The notes beneath the pieces were generated by a model. It was not told the DNA's origin. It saw nothing but the letters and a program-made list of their open reading frames with translations, and made no database searches. This document shows positions 1 through 13,796 of a stretch of DNA of 64,000 nt, in pieces. Within the stretch, counting starts at the first letter, position 1; the number at the start of each line of letters is the position of its first letter. Both the position numbers and the translations under genes were made by a program. Origin of the DNA: Ruditapes philippinarum (taxonomy: Eukaryota); contig NW_026866846.1 in assembly GCF_026571515.1 (NCBI RefSeq), positions 62,001 to 126,000 of the forward strand, given 5' to 3'.

Positions 1-300
1 TCCCAATTTGGGTTACACGACTTGGTTTGTTTTTAAATGGGCTTCCGAGGGATCACTTTATTTCCAGATTTTTATACTTCACAACAGCTGGTGTCAAGTG
101 CTGTGTGGCAGCTGTTAAAAGTTGCCCCGTACTTCACTTCAGTGTTGTAACATTTTTCTGGTCCTTCGGGATCATTGATGCCAGCACTTTTAAGTGTTGA
201 GAATTGAGTACCGTTCAAGCCGGTGCTAGGGGACGTGAGGGAGGTTGCACTTATTCAGTATCCTTCATTTACAGACTCAATCAAACCGAGTCTGCAATTC
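1..300. repeat. Dispersed ~260-300 bp repeat family R1, copy 1
   Basis: Aligns by eye with 38114-38492 (e.g. acttcacaacagctggtgtcaagtgctgtgtggcagctgttaaaagttgcc vs acttcacaacaacaggtgtccagtgctgtgtggcagctgctaaaagttgcc). Ends in acagactcaatcaaaccgagtctgcaattc, also seen at ~38463, ~50838, ~62997 and reverse-complemented at ~50719 and ~61974. Confidence 0.85.
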
Positions 301-1194
301 TTACATATTTTTGTTGTGATTAATGCTTCCGAGTCCAGATTGTTACGACGCATTCCCTTTCCTTGCAATAGTTACCTATTTATAATGGAAAGTTACAAAC
401 ATAAAGCCCAGGGCAAAATGGAAGTTTTAATTCAAATACATTAAAACAACATGTTAAAGGGAAAAACTAGATAAAGCTTGAAGTGGTCCTCTTAAAATTA
501 TTTTATTACACAGCAAACATGGTTGGAACCGTATTGATAATGCAACATTTTGGCAATAGCGATGCTTCGTTTGATTCAATTCTGCAAGTCTTAATTTGTG
601 CAAATAATTTCAGTTTCTCAATTCTGTATTCTGATTTGTCGATCAGCGTATTCAGTTTCATATAATCAAAATGTTTTGTACTTAAATTTAGAGAACACCG
701 ATCTTCAAAGGAAAGTTGTGGCGGTCATGCGATAATGTCTGCATCTTATATTACATTATAGCAAAACTTTTGATACGTGTTTACGTTATGCTTTACACTG
801 ATTGTAAGCATTTGGGTATGTGGCATTTATTGCACACTTAATAACAGTAAACGATTCATCATCATTGTAAATATATTTTAGGATGATAAACACGTACAAA
901 AACGCAAAGATTCTAAATTTGTTTCTAGCATCGTGATTTTATCAAACGTTGCAAACATATTCATTGTTTACTTGTTGTTGCAAACAAACATGTTGTTTTA
1001 TTTTTTAATTGTTATTTTAAAAATGTATGAACTATTTTTTAACCTTTATGTTTTCATTAAAATTAAGTTTTTACCCTTTATGTTCACTAAATTAAGTTAT
1101 TTTATTTTCGAATCAAAATTTTATGCTTATGACATATAAACATAGTAAACACTATTTTGAAAAGACGCGGGTGTGATTGGAAATTTTAAATGTC

Positions 1195-1300
1195 GGATAT
1201 TAAGGCTCGCCGACACAGTATAGGTCATATTGCGACGTTTCAGCTTGCTTTACTGCTGGAGGAAGACATCAGGGTCACTCCTTTGCGAATCCGGCACGAG
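1195..1300 (-). mobile_element. SINE-like fragment (3' part); second copy at ~25410-25480 (+)
   Basis: acacagtataggtcatattgcgacgtttcagc...ggaggaagac is approximately the reverse complement of gtcttcctccaccataaaagctggaaagtcgatacatgacctatactgtgt at ~25425-25474. Confidence 0.5.
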
Positions 1301-2750
1301 CAAGTAACAAAGCATGAAATTGCTCATAACCAGTAGTTTAAAATTAACTAGACTGACATAAAATGTACAGATTTAATTTAAAAAGAAACAACATGTGTTT
1401 GGTTTACATATTGTTAAATAATTCTTGACCAAACAGAAATATTATTTTTAAGTGTTTATCTTGTATAAATACAAACATTAGGTTTGTTTGATATTTGATT
1501 AAGAACACATGTATCAAATGCATATAAATACTCGTTTAGGTCAAATCAAATTTTCGAATTTCAAATGACGAAAATGATTTAGAATTAATGTGAATATATT
1601 CTTATCATATTTTCATATTTCTATTGATTATCTGAAACATAACGTAACTTGGATTTAAATGTCATGTAATGATTTAACAAAAATATGGTTTTAACGAGTT
1701 TAAATGTATAAGCACAACTTGTGCAAATACTTAAATGACTTATGTATAGTTACACTTTTTAAATTGCGCTTGTACATTTCAAATAGTCCCGGTCGTTTCA
1801 AAGTTTTTCACTCGTTTACATCATTTTGTTCGTGTCTTTTTTGACATTGTTTAAAATGTTTGTACCAAAATAAAAATGAAAGCATGTGGAGAGTTCACTG
1901 AAATGACAAAATTATAAAAAGGCATGTTTATCAGGAAATTAAGCTAAAAGGTCAGATTCAATATGGTCAGTATGTAGATAACAATGCGTGACAACAAACT
2001 TAAATTTTTTTGTGCTGTTGTTTTATAAAAATGGATGCGTGTATGTAATTTTATGACAAAGTGGTTAATCTGTTACAAAAAAATGCCACTTATTTTTTAT
2101 TTGTTTGCCCCTTTAAAGTTATTTTCATGTTAAAAAGCAGATAAATGTCCGTTTATTTTGAATAAGCATAATTTTTGAAGGAGAAAAACACTTGACGACA
2201 ATTTCCGCATATTTGATATTCTACCAAAACAGTATACATTGTAATTTAAAAACATAATTGATGTTTAATATGTAAGCAAACAAAATTTTATACAAAACAT
2301 CATACGTATATATATTATTTAGCAGGGAACAATTTGGGTACCGTCTGTTTTTTATGTTTTGTTTTTTTAATTTCCTTTTTAATTCATGCGAATATTTTAA
2401 AAAGATGATTATAGAACAAAGTTAACTTTATAATTAAAAGTTGTAGTGACCATATTTTGAATATTTCATTTCTAAATGACCTGTTTTATCTACAGAATGT
2501 TAAAGACATTTTCAAATGAAATAGGGAATGAGCAGTCTCTAGTTAAACTTCAATTTTAACAATCTTGAACAGTTGCAAATAGTTTACACATGAACAGGTT
2601 ACCGAAATGTAATGATGATTGTCATTTTGAATATCATATTGTTGGCCGTGCCCGTTCTTGAATTTTAGTCATCTTGAACATAGTATAGTGAAAATTGAAA
2701 TGTTGAGCCTGATAATTCGTACTTTGTGACATATCTGAAGCAATATAAAA

Positions 2751-2975
2751 GCAGCGACATGACCGAGTAGTTAACGCGCGTCGCACTAGTAATGTCACGA
2801 TCGTTAGCCGCTTGAGTTCAAATCCCGTCAGGGGCAGGTCGTTGTTTTCGTAAGCAAAACAAAAATACACTCACTGCTCTATATTGGTTGGGTTTCGAAC
2901 GGATTCGAAAGTTTGTCTATAAGCTTATAGCTTTCAACACAATCGAATTAAAATAAATTCTTTATAAACCAAGCA
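2751..2975 (+). mobile_element. tRNA-derived SINE
   Basis: Pol III A-box-like tgaccgagtag and B-box-like gagttcaaatcc, A-rich tail. Homologous reverse copies at 3724-3935 and 58382-58598. Confidence 0.75.
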
Positions 2976-3339
2976 ATATGTGTAAAATGTCTGCATTTCA
3001 AGGTCTACGTGCACAGATACAACAGACACGGAGGAAGGTGGTATTAAATTCATCATGAACTCGGAAGCAAAGTCGTTAGAATGATTGATGTGCCCTAGCA
3101 ATAAGAAGCTGATTTAAACGCTTGTCATGAATTCAACATATCATAAACATGTGATTCATCCAAGGAAAAGGACAAAGCAACATTTGTTTATAAAAGCAGT
3201 ATCTATATCACAAGCATCACAGCAATTAATGAGCGTCATGGTCATTGATGTGTCAATTATAAGCATTTAAAGACTATCTTATTAATTTAAGGAAGTTCAG
3301 TTGATGTATGTACAACATACATTTGAATTGTGATTCAAA

Positions 3340-6300
3340 ATGATTTTGGGATTGTCATTTTACATATTCGTAAGTTTTGTAAAGGATTGTTTGATCCTGA
3401 TGTATAAATTAACATTTCTTACACGCATAAACATGAAAAACACTAGTCTAGGCTTAATTATGATTTAGTTGTGTTTAATTCTGAATATTTATTATTTGTA
3501 ACTGCAGATTTTCTAATTCATAAAGTCTTTAGTTATTTTTTCTTTCGTAATATTATGCAATATTTTACGGTCTGTTTGATTGAAATGTTTACATCAAATT
3601 GATTTTTGAAATGAAACGTTTAAATTAGATAAGCGGAATACTTTAATCGGAGAAATAATATGGCAAAAGTTTTCATTCGTTTGTTAAAAATGGATGGATC
3701 ATTGATGCCGCATTTGATAATAAGTTAATACTAATTTATTTTAGTTCGATTGTGTTGGAAGCTGTAAGCTAATTTAAACACTCTCAAAACCGGTCCTGGA
3801 ACAAACTAGTACGATGCAATGAGTGTAAATTGTCTTGCTCAAGGAAACAACGGCTTGCCGCTGACAGGGTTTGAACCTAAGCGGCTAGCAATCCTTAGAT
3901 TACTAGTCCGATGACTTAACCACTCCACCACATTTGACCATTTATAATGAGGTTAAATAAATGTTTAATATCATGGTGCCCGCTTCTTCTTCTTCTTCTT
4001 AGTTACGCATACATACAATGTCAGTCAAGTGAAAGCGCGTGAATTTCTGAATATTCTAACAAGCTATTTCACCTATATACTGATTTTTGACTAAGAAAAC
4101 ATTTGTTTGTGTTACTCACTAGTGTGAAAGGGTTCTGCACTTTATTCAATAAAACATATAAAATGTTAAAAAAGGAACTACTCAAAACCACCTCAACCTT
4201 CTTTTTATATCTGTTTTTGTCCCACGTATATCAAATAGTCACGTGATATTGGTACCGTGATATTGACATGTTTAGATGCATATTCAGTTAGAAAAGTCAA
4301 GCAGTTTTCAAGAAATGAAAATATAAATTACATGTATATGGACGTTCTTTTAGTTACTTTCAATAAATATTTCAAAAGTCGTAACCGAATTAATGTTTGT
4401 TTTGTAGCTCCTCATATGCCTGGGTATGGTTTGGATTGGTAATGCACATGTCTTACCCAAAGGTTTCCATCTAAGCAATTCATGTCAGGTAAGTTGTGTT
4501 CATAAACATATTAATAAAGTTATAATGTTGGAAATACCAAAGTTTTGTACAACTCGTCGATGATTTAGTAGCTTTAATGTAATAATTAAGGGATCATGCT
4601 TGAAACTAAAGTACCAATATATTTTCCTAATGTTTACTTACAAAGATGGGAATTGTTTCTTTTTTCACTTACACTTTATTATGATGCATACAATGAAGAG
4701 CAAATCTTTTAAAGCAAACAATTAAAATAAAATAAACAAAATGTTAAGAATATGTTTATAGTATAAAATATTACGGATATTCAAAATTTCTTGAAAATAT
4801 CAGACATGTTTGGTTTGGTTTTATGGCGCACCAGCACAATTTAGGTCATTTTGGGCCGAAACAGAAAAATTAAATTGGCTTACTAACTCGGGGGGTTACA
4901 AACTTTAGACAATGTCATGGGCCATATCCACCTCAGCTGCTGGAGCTAAAATGTGCATACACTTCAGTTGCCTCTTATGATTACGCAGGGTTAAACGATG
5001 GCTGCAACTCTAATGTATCAACCCGTGACAGTCAGCCACAACGGGCGTTAGGTATATCGGAGTATTGGAAAGGACATTGGGCAAAATATTCGCACTTGGT
5101 TCATAAGAAAAAGTAAAAAATTGGTTAAACCATTTCTCAAGTCCTTAGGAACTGACTTAAACAATTTTCTATCACAATGGAATGAAAATACCCGAATGAC
5201 GAATACCAACATTGAGATGAAGTACGAAATGACGGTAAACTGTTGGCATGTCAAAGTGTTGTGATGAGTTTATAACGTATTGGGAAGGAAATATCCATCA
5301 AAATTAAAACAATATTTGTCAAAAGTAATAAAAAGATGAAGCACAGAGTAACTTATACTAAAATATATTAAAAACTGAGAACAAAGATCAACAAGGCAAA
5401 TGCAACGTTCACAAAACGCCACCCGACAAAATCCAGCCACAACAGCAGGGCACCTAGAAGGCACCAAACTAAACCGATAGAGTACAAAAGGGCGGCGAAA
5501 AGAGGGGAGGGACATGTACTTAGTAAAATGATTAGAACTAAAAGGGGCCTAAAAGCTAACACTTTATATGACACCATATTGCAATAAGGGTGTATTGAAT
5601 TTTATTTATTGCATTCACAAATCTTGTGAATATATTTCTCTACATGAAGTTGGATTTATTTTGATAAGTCAGTAAGTCAAAAAGCAAGTCCATTATATAG
5701 GTTATGTTGTAAATATCATTGTCATATTTTTAAATGTCGAATCGTTTAAAATAACCTGTAAATTTATTCACCATTGATATGTTTCAGCCTCGTTGTCAGT
5801 CAGGAAAAACATGTGTTGTGTATAGGGGAAATGACGGCAATGCTCATGTAACATGTAAACGTAAGTAGTTTGGTTTAACACATTTACTTTAAAAAATATC
5901 TATACATAGAGAATAATAGGTTAGTGCCGTGGAGCAGAGCCAGATAAACTTTCTCCATCCACGGCACCAATCTATTATTCTATTTATCCTGTCACCGTTT
6001 TTTTTTTAAAGAATTTTATTAGGCAAACTACCTTTAATCACACTATCGGAAATGTTTCTATATAAAGAAAGAAGGCCCGAAGCGTGCATTATTCTACAAC
6101 AATGCACTCTCCGTTCTTATTATCTCCCTGTGTATTTTCACATTGAGGGCGCCATTTTGTTGAAAAATGTGATAAATAAAAGCAATTTTTTGTCGAATTT
6201 TGTTGTGAAAACTATCTAGAATGAAAGAAAATGGTCTAAGAAAATGAATTCGAACACCAAATTGACTATCTTTTATTCAGTCGTTGATTCTGTACAGACG

Positions 6301-8241
6301 TTTAAAGTATTGTTTACGTGACGTCACAATGTAGCGCCAAACAGCACGTGCAAAACAATCAAATCAAGTACGCTATTTTAATGTCGCAAACTAGTTAAGT
6401 TTTACATTTATTTCACTTTTAATAATTTTTATTTCGCTTGAAAAATTATAGAGTGAAATAAAATAAACAAACAAAGTTTTATCAACGTTTCCAAAATTCG
6501 TTATTCTACACACAGAAGATTTAACGACAGTTTTTTTCATACCACTGGAACGGCCTGTAAATCTTGAAAAGTAGTCCGGCAAAGAGGTGCTCATTCATGC
6601 ATACCACATGATCAAGTGCCGTAGATCAGTAAAAATATACGGCACCTTGTTATCGGGCCGAAATTGATACAAGTGACAGGATAATAAACATTTTATGTAG
6701 AAATAGTGGATGTGAAATTTATAACACATCTCATAATAAAAGCTAAACCTGTCCATTTTGTGTTTACTATATTTTAAAGTTTAAGTTCTACCTGCAAATA
6801 TTATAATAATCATAAATAAAAAAAACTTAAGCACGAATACAAATTTAATATACATTTATCATATTATCTTTTAATTACAAAAGAGACACATTCATGAAAA
6901 ATTTCCGAAACATGTTTCATCCAAACTTTTCTCTACGATAAAAGTAAAGAGAAACTGCCACAAATCAAATAAAACATTAATTTGTGAAGCAACCTATCCT
7001 TGATAAATTGGAAGAAATTTACCGGACATCGATATAACAGACGGACAAGAGCATTACCATAATACACCGACTGAGATAGAAACATCAGAAGATTTATTTG
7101 AATGTTTTAAGGCACGATAATAATATATAATCGGAGAATTGTAAATATCACGAATGTCACAAGGTGACTATGTTAACATCACTGGTGGAAATTAAAAGAT
7201 AAATCTGTTTATTTTAGGAATCGATCCCCATAAAGTCGTTTTAGATGGCACCTTCATAGTTTCTGCTCCAGCTCTAAACAGACCTTTAAACGATTTGACC
7301 TTAGTTAGTCAAAATACTGCTTATGAAAAGAACATCGTCGATTTCGGATCATTAATAAAACCATTACCAGACATTGGTGTAGAAACGGCTACTGCAAAAG
7401 ACGCCATCATATCCAATCCAGAAGGTTTACTGAATAGCATTACAACCTTCGCTGATTCCATAAGGCAAGATTTCAAAAACGAATTAGGATCTATTGATAA
7501 CAGACCTCAGCTATTTAACCCTGCTACCTTTGCTAAAAATGTAAACGATTTTCCTCTTTTCAAGAACCTTCCTTCACCAGAACATAACAAAGGTAACGAA
7601 AGAAAACGATCAAAATTTGAAGGTTTAACACTTGTAAGGAACGCCGACGGCGGTGTTGTTTTCCGACGCATCGGTGCTTCTCCACACCACCAATCATCAA
7701 GTCAAGGTCTGAATGTGGAAATTATATCTATTGAAAACAGAAATGTTTCAGACTCTTCAAATTTTGAAAAGGGTCATACTAGTCAAAAACCGATACCTCC
7801 ACAAACTCTTGAGAAGAAGAAATCAGCTGAACGTAAGTAATACATTATACTTTTAAATGGATCTTATGGATCTTACGCCGACATACATACTGTTATTCCC
7901 CAATAAGGAGAGATTTTGTATGTACAACAAATTCTTAACTGTTTGATATATTTCTTGTAGAACTTTTTTAATATAAATAACTTAATTGTTATTTTATTGC
8001 TAAACGTCTTTTCTTATTTACCACCAACTCATATCGCTTTACTATTTAATATATTTACCTATTTCTTTGTTAGGTGATTTTGAGGTTTCTTAATTTAATA
8101 ATACAAATTGTTACACAACTATTATTTTTAGATACAAATGCAACATGTACACCCTGCGTTCCGGATCAAAGATGCCCAGAAATGCAATATTGTTTTTATT
8201 CACCTACCTGCGCCAGACAAATATGTCAGCCATTGAATTAA
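3340..8241 (+). CDS. Cluster gene A: secreted Cys-module/low-complexity protein, ~302 aa
   Basis: Exons 3340-3369 (MILGLSFYIF), 4408-4488 (LLICLGMVWIGNAHVLPKGFHLSNSCQ), 5788-5860 (PRCQSGKTCVVYRGNDGNAHVTCK), 7218-7832 (contains ORF 7295-7840), 8132-8241 (TNATCTPCVPDQRCPEMQYCFYSPTCARQICQPLN*). All GT-AG, phases 0,0,1,1, 909 nt in frame. AATAAA at ~8317. Confidence 0.85.
3724..3935 (-). mobile_element. tRNA-derived SINE (in intron 1 of gene A)
   Basis: Reverse-complement homologue of 2751-2975, with gggtttgaacc (B-box rc), ttaaccactcc (A-box rc) and the core cttgctcaaggaaacaac. Confidence 0.75.
4807..5020 (-). mobile_element. SINE-like repeat with (AAAC)-type tail; second copy 58011-58220
   Basis: gtttggtttggttttatggcgcaccagcacaatttaggtcat...gttacaaactt...ggctgca aligns over ~200 bp with 58011-58220. 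Confidence 0.7.
5905..6690. mobile_element. Non-autonomous DNA element with terminal hairpin (Crypton-like architecture)
   Basis: Hairpin agaataataggttagtgccgtgga...tccacggcaccaatctattattct, followed by tttatcctgtcac, whose inverted copy gtgacaggataa lies at ~6673. Superfamily assignment is inference. Confidence 0.5.
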
Positions 8242-10087
8242 TTCAGGGCGATCTCATGTTTGTGAATATCAAATTATGTTTATCTACATCTTGCTTATTT
8301 TAATTATTTTGTTCGTAATAAATCATTATTAACAAATAAATTCCAGTGTTTTGTTCAAATATTATTGACATAAACATTACAATAATTTTTCTTTTCTTAA
8401 TTTGTTCATTATATTGTTAATGTTACCGGAGTCATAAAAACGAATTGTTGTTCCCACGATATTTGTTTCCTTTCTTCAAATATTGTATATTTGGTTCCCA
8501 AACACACATTGAAGCTTTCTAGAAAGGGAGATTTGTCGAGAACAATGAAACACACAAATATAATACTCTAGCTTGTTAAAACCTGATAATGAGAGTTCAT
8601 AAAAGGTTCAATGCCTCTTACGCCTACTGAACCCGGACGGAGAAATTATGTTAACATGTTTGTATGAGTGTATTATATATTTAATGTGAATCCATTTACC
8701 CGTTAAGACACAAAAACAGTTTTCTCGGTCGGGTACAGACCTCGGAGATATCACCAGTCTTGTCCTTTAAGGGTTAATTTTAAAGAACAACGTGCTGATA
8801 ATTAACCTCCATTCTATTTTCACGGAGTTCTTAATGTACAGTAACCTGAGACAGTTTGAAAATGAGGAAGCGCTGAAAAAGGCTGTTATGATTATGGACC
8901 TGCCTTTCAAGCCGTTACTATCTCTGCTCTAGGGGCTCACGCACCCTCGGCTTTAATCAGGATACCGGTAGCTAACTTCATACAAAATATGTTGTGCCGA
9001 ACTGTATAGATCATGCAAACTTGGTGTCTTACATGTCGCAGTCGGTATTCAATCATCTGCCGAACGCGATGTTATGTGCCTTCTCAACGACGTGCACGTA
9101 TCGAGGGGAAGAGGCATGTAGCTGTAACGCACTTTCCGTCCTTTGAAGAACTCTGTTAATATTAAGAATCAATAAACCATAAAACTTGAAACAAATATAT
9201 GGATGACGCATCAATGACAGCTTTACAGAATATTATCTTGCTTCATGATTTTTGTAAGACAGACGTACTTTAAAAAATATATTTCAATTTAAATTTCGCA
9301 ATCTTGTGTTCATTGTTTTACAATATTGAGATTTATACAAATAGATGTATGCATAGTTCATTACAATAAAATTGTACACAACAGTTTTAATCTTGACTGA
9401 ATGTTCGACCATTCAATAACAACAAAGTCAGTAATATTAAAATCTAGTCCGTGCTTTGATTTTTTGTGCACACGTGATAAAGACGGCGACACCTATAAAG
9501 GAAACATTGAAATCCGGACAATAATGATAATATGACATCAATGTCTTGGGTGAGTATTAGTAATAATATTAAAATCCCCCAAAATAACGAAACTACATGT
9601 GAAACAAATAAAAGTACTTATTAATGTAATATCGGAACTGTGTAGTAATTTGCAGATTTGTTGCACCATTAAGAGTTATCGCTTGTGTTTCGTTAGCCTA
9701 TCACGTAAATACAGGATTTAATATGATACAATGCATATATCATTGTAAAATGACAAGCATATTTCAGCAATAAAATTCTGAATAATGTGTGCAACTTTAA
9801 TTTCATTGTTTCAATGAAACTACTTAATATTTGTGGTCATTTTAAATGCTAATTAATCATCAATGATAAAGGATTGTTTTGATTGTTACTTATCCGCTTT
9901 CAGTTAAAAATAGGGAAAACAATAAATGTACAAGGTGAACAAATCTCTGGGTTTTAGTGTGAGACATATGTCTTTGTTTAGATATGATTGATCAAGTGAT
10001 GGTTTATAAGACTTGTTTATTTGCAATTCTGCAATAATATTTGCAACGTTTGAAATTGATAATATCTTTTTCCATTTGGATATAGTT

Positions 10088-13000
10088 ATGAACAACTTTT
10101 GTTTCTACCGCCATATTGTGATAACACTGGTAGGTAATTTTACTTATTTTAGTTATAGAAAAAGTATGATAAAATATAATTGATATACTTGTCAATTATA
10201 AGATATAAACACATGATGTTGTTGTTTATGTTACTTGAGACATCAGAAATAGTATGGTGTAGGTCAATGATCTCCTCTGTTTATTGTTCCTACACAGAAG
10301 CAGATCTTTATCAAGAACTGATAATATATGTTTGACAACTATTGAATAAAGTAATCCACACGAATCTTGCTCCTTAGTCAGTGTGTGTTAATTTCCAAAC
10401 ATAACAAAAAAATTGAATAACAGAGGCAGAGGTATGTGATCCCTGTTCACTGTGATATCGGACCGAAACTGTTGCACGTCGATCTGCATTTCATCAAATC
10501 ATTTATTTCTTCAATAGGTTCTTTCAATAAGCTTACAGACAAATGCATATTTTTCTGTGCAACAGGCAATGATTTCATTGATAATGGCATACATAAAGTC
10601 CAATTTCATTTGCTTTTAATCTACTTTTAAATTGCATGCATTTGTTATCGATTGCATGCATATTTTATTTATTTATTCATTTATTAAATTTTTCTTTCTT
10701 CAGATCATTTTTCAAGAAATGGTGGTCTTGTCCCTTTCTCACCGGGTTGGAACGTTTCAACTACACCGGAATATATGTAACGTGAGTCTGATTTAAAACT
10801 AAACAATATCTGCAAAGGTGTAGGCTAAGTAAGACGTTATACAAATCAGCATTTGTTTACATAAAAATGTCCTTTTAAAATCAAATTAAAATTATGTCAA
10901 TAAATTTACATGGGAGAGCAACATCCACGAAACAAAACATGTTACTTATAACATCAATACCCATACATAAATATACGTGTTACAAGTAACTGCCTTTTAT
11001 TTGTGAAAGTGAACAATTATCTAATAAGAGAGAGGAAACATGTTAAAAGATATCTTTTTGCTTATGCCAAACAGAGTTGTAGACCTGTTATGCGGCATTG
11101 TCTTTTAACATCTTATATTTGATAAAGTTACACAATATGATTAATTTGTTTTTTTCAATTGAAGTGTCTTTGTTTTATATTTGATAGACTATTATGGTCT
11201 TTTAGACTTGACTTATTGTGTAGGCAACAACAATGTTAACTTAACAATAAATGATTAAGCGTTTTTAAGCTTTGTGTTTTGTTTCTATATTTGGTTTGAT
11301 GAATACGTTCTTTGTTTTTATGGCTTTTTTGTTGTTGGTTTACATGTCCAGCAATAAAATATTCATAAATAGAAATAAACATACATGTATGCGGTTAGAT
11401 AATTGATTGCTTTTACTTTTTGTAATAATTGCATATATATTAAGCTAATTGTTTTGAAAACAATAATTTTGATTCCCGTCTTTACATTACCTTAAATAAG
11501 ACATATCAGAATTGTTTTTGATACAATCGACACATTTAAAAAAATGGTAGTATATGTATAAGAAAAAAATGTTTATAATTTTTTATTTAATTGATACGGT
11601 AAGAAAAGTAATTGGTAACATATTTATATTTCTTTTACAGAGAAGATGTGGAGGGTATCTTGCATGCATTGTTAGGGGAATAGAACAAAGGTGTGATCGT
11701 AAGTACCAATTAGGCGATACAAAAACAACAATTGTTGGAAATCTGATTGCATTGTAAACAACATGGAAAGCCATCTGTTTGTAGTTCTTTAAGTGTATAA
11801 AACTATAAATCTACTGCCTGTAGTTTACAAATATCAAAACACATGATTAACAAAGTAGGGCGGCGTTCAATGAACACAAGTCCCCCCCCCCCCAACTCAG
11901 GACCTGCGGCAAGGAGCCCAGTAGAATACCAAACAGGACAGGGCACACGGGCAAAATTTTGTTAGAAATTTAAGAAAGAATGATTTCAAAATATCTATAT
12001 AAAATAAATATGTTTGAGTATTTCTTAAAAATGTATAACACTATTTCAGATGAAATAGTTTTATAGAATTTAAAAACGATAAAATTATGCAAAAAAGATC
12101 CGAAACAAAATATAATTCTGCTATTTTGAATAGGTTTTTTAACTGTTGAAAAATGATTTTGTGCGTGCGTGATTCTCTCAAAAGGATATATACCAACAAA
12201 TTTCTTGAATGTAGGAATTTTGGAATTATTCTTTCTTAAATTTCTAACAAAATTTTGTAATTACAAGCAGCATATTTATAGTTTCATACACTTAATATCA
12301 AATATATCAAAACTTTAATAAAATGCAAGCAGCAAGGATATAGCTTTTTACACTTTAAGAACAAAAAGTGATAAATGGTGAAAACCATAGTAAAATAATC
12401 AAACGTCATGCTTTGCTCCCTTTTACCGCGCAATATTCATTAGTAAATAAATATCAGATACTTTCTTTGTTACAACTCTTACAAGAATTAATATCAATTA
12501 GTTATAGAAAACAGATATATCTCATGTTTCAGCTCTTTCAAGAATTAATATTAATTATTTATAATGTTCAGATACGTGCTTTGTTAAAACTCTGGCAAGA
12601 ATCACAAATTATGTTAGGTAGTCGATAGATTACATAATTTTTTTGAAAATCTTGAAAATGATATAGCTTAAAACAATTTGAAAAAGATGAAAAACAACAT
12701 TATATTGTTTTAGATATAGCCAATGCAGAAAACCTAGCATCACATGAAAACACATTTGTAATAACGAGACGAAATAATCTAGGATTTGTTTATCCAAACG
12801 AAATGCTTTCGGATAGGCAATTATCGGCTAACAATCATGTTATAGTACCTCAACCACTCGACTTATCAGGTTCGCAGCCAACTACAGTATTGAACCATGA
12901 ACAACAAACTGATGTTATAACAAGACACAGATCGGAACAAGATCTACACAATAGCCGAATTGGACAAGGTACTAGTTGAAATGATAGTAAATAACTTGAA

Positions 13001-13796
13001 AAAACTGTTGTGTTCTAGTCAAAAAAGTATAATTAAAACATCTCATTTGATAATAGTAACTAGAAGCACTTTGTATGTTAAAATTAATTCCAATGAAATA
13101 CCTTTGAATTTATCGGCCTACTTCTTAATTAAACTGTAATTATTCTGTAATCTTTTATCCTGTTATACCATGACCATATATATGTTCTAAACAGACTCAG
13201 CGTTGGTTGAAATGGTTGAAATGTTCAGATACGAAAATTCTAGCGATCAGAAATTATCGGCGTAAACCAGTTAATAACTTTCATTTTTGTGTTTCGTATA
13301 ATTTCTTTTCATATGTTTATTTCTCAGCAATAGCCCACACTCTTCTGCATAAAATTGGTAGAAATAGACAGGTGCCATTATCACAAAACAGTAGAAATAT
13401 TACGTCATTTGGACGGCGAGATTCTAAAATAAAACTAACAGACGATAAACAAGGGAACCAACCGACTGTCAATAGTGAACGAACAACGCCACCGGCCATA
13501 AATTCAAACGCAGCGCAAGGTAAAACATTCATATTTTCATATACATTTTGCTGCGACTATTTTCCTTTTCATACTCACTGCAAATTATAAGTAAAATTTG
13601 ACTGCAAGGAAACACTAGAAATTTTATCTCAGAAATATTATTATTTTCTGTTTTCTAATAATCCGTTGTTAAATATAAACTCTTTCCAGATAAAAGTGCC
13701 ACCTGTACAGTATGTGACAGCAATTCAGATTGCACGGACGGCAATTACTGTTACTACTCTGCAACATGTGCCAGGCGAACATGTCAACCTCTCTGA
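10088..13796 (+). CDS. Cluster gene B: secreted Cys-module/low-complexity protein, ~243 aa
   Basis: Exons 10088-10129 (MNNFCFYRHIVITL), 10704-10781 (IIFQEMVVLSLSHRVGTFQLHRNICN), 11641-11698 (RRCGGYLACIVRGIEQRCD), 12714-12968, 13328-13519, 13690-13796 (KSATCTVCDSNSDCTDGNYCYYSATCARRTCQPL*). Phases 0,0,1,1,1, 732 nt in frame. AATAAA at ~13886. Exon 1 choice is the least certain. Confidence 0.8.
11789..12295. mobile_element. Palindromic MITE bounded by TTAA (Kolobok/piggyBac-type target), with an internal insertion at ~11835-11950
   Basis: Left ttaagtgtataaaactataaat pairs with right atttatagtttcatacacttaa. Inner arms aaaattttgttagaaatttaagaaagaat / attctttcttaaatttctaacaaaatttt. Confidence 0.65.

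Noticed and set aside
2751-2840. tRNA gene
   Set aside because: A/B boxes are degenerate, no clean cloverleaf, and the sequence continues into a repeat body shared by three copies; it is a SINE head.
9532-9549. Alternative first exon of gene B (ATGACATCAATGTCTTGG|GTGAGT after TATAAA at 9494)
   Set aside because: In phase but gives a poor signal peptide. 10088-10129 fits the family pattern better. Not excluded as a minor exon.
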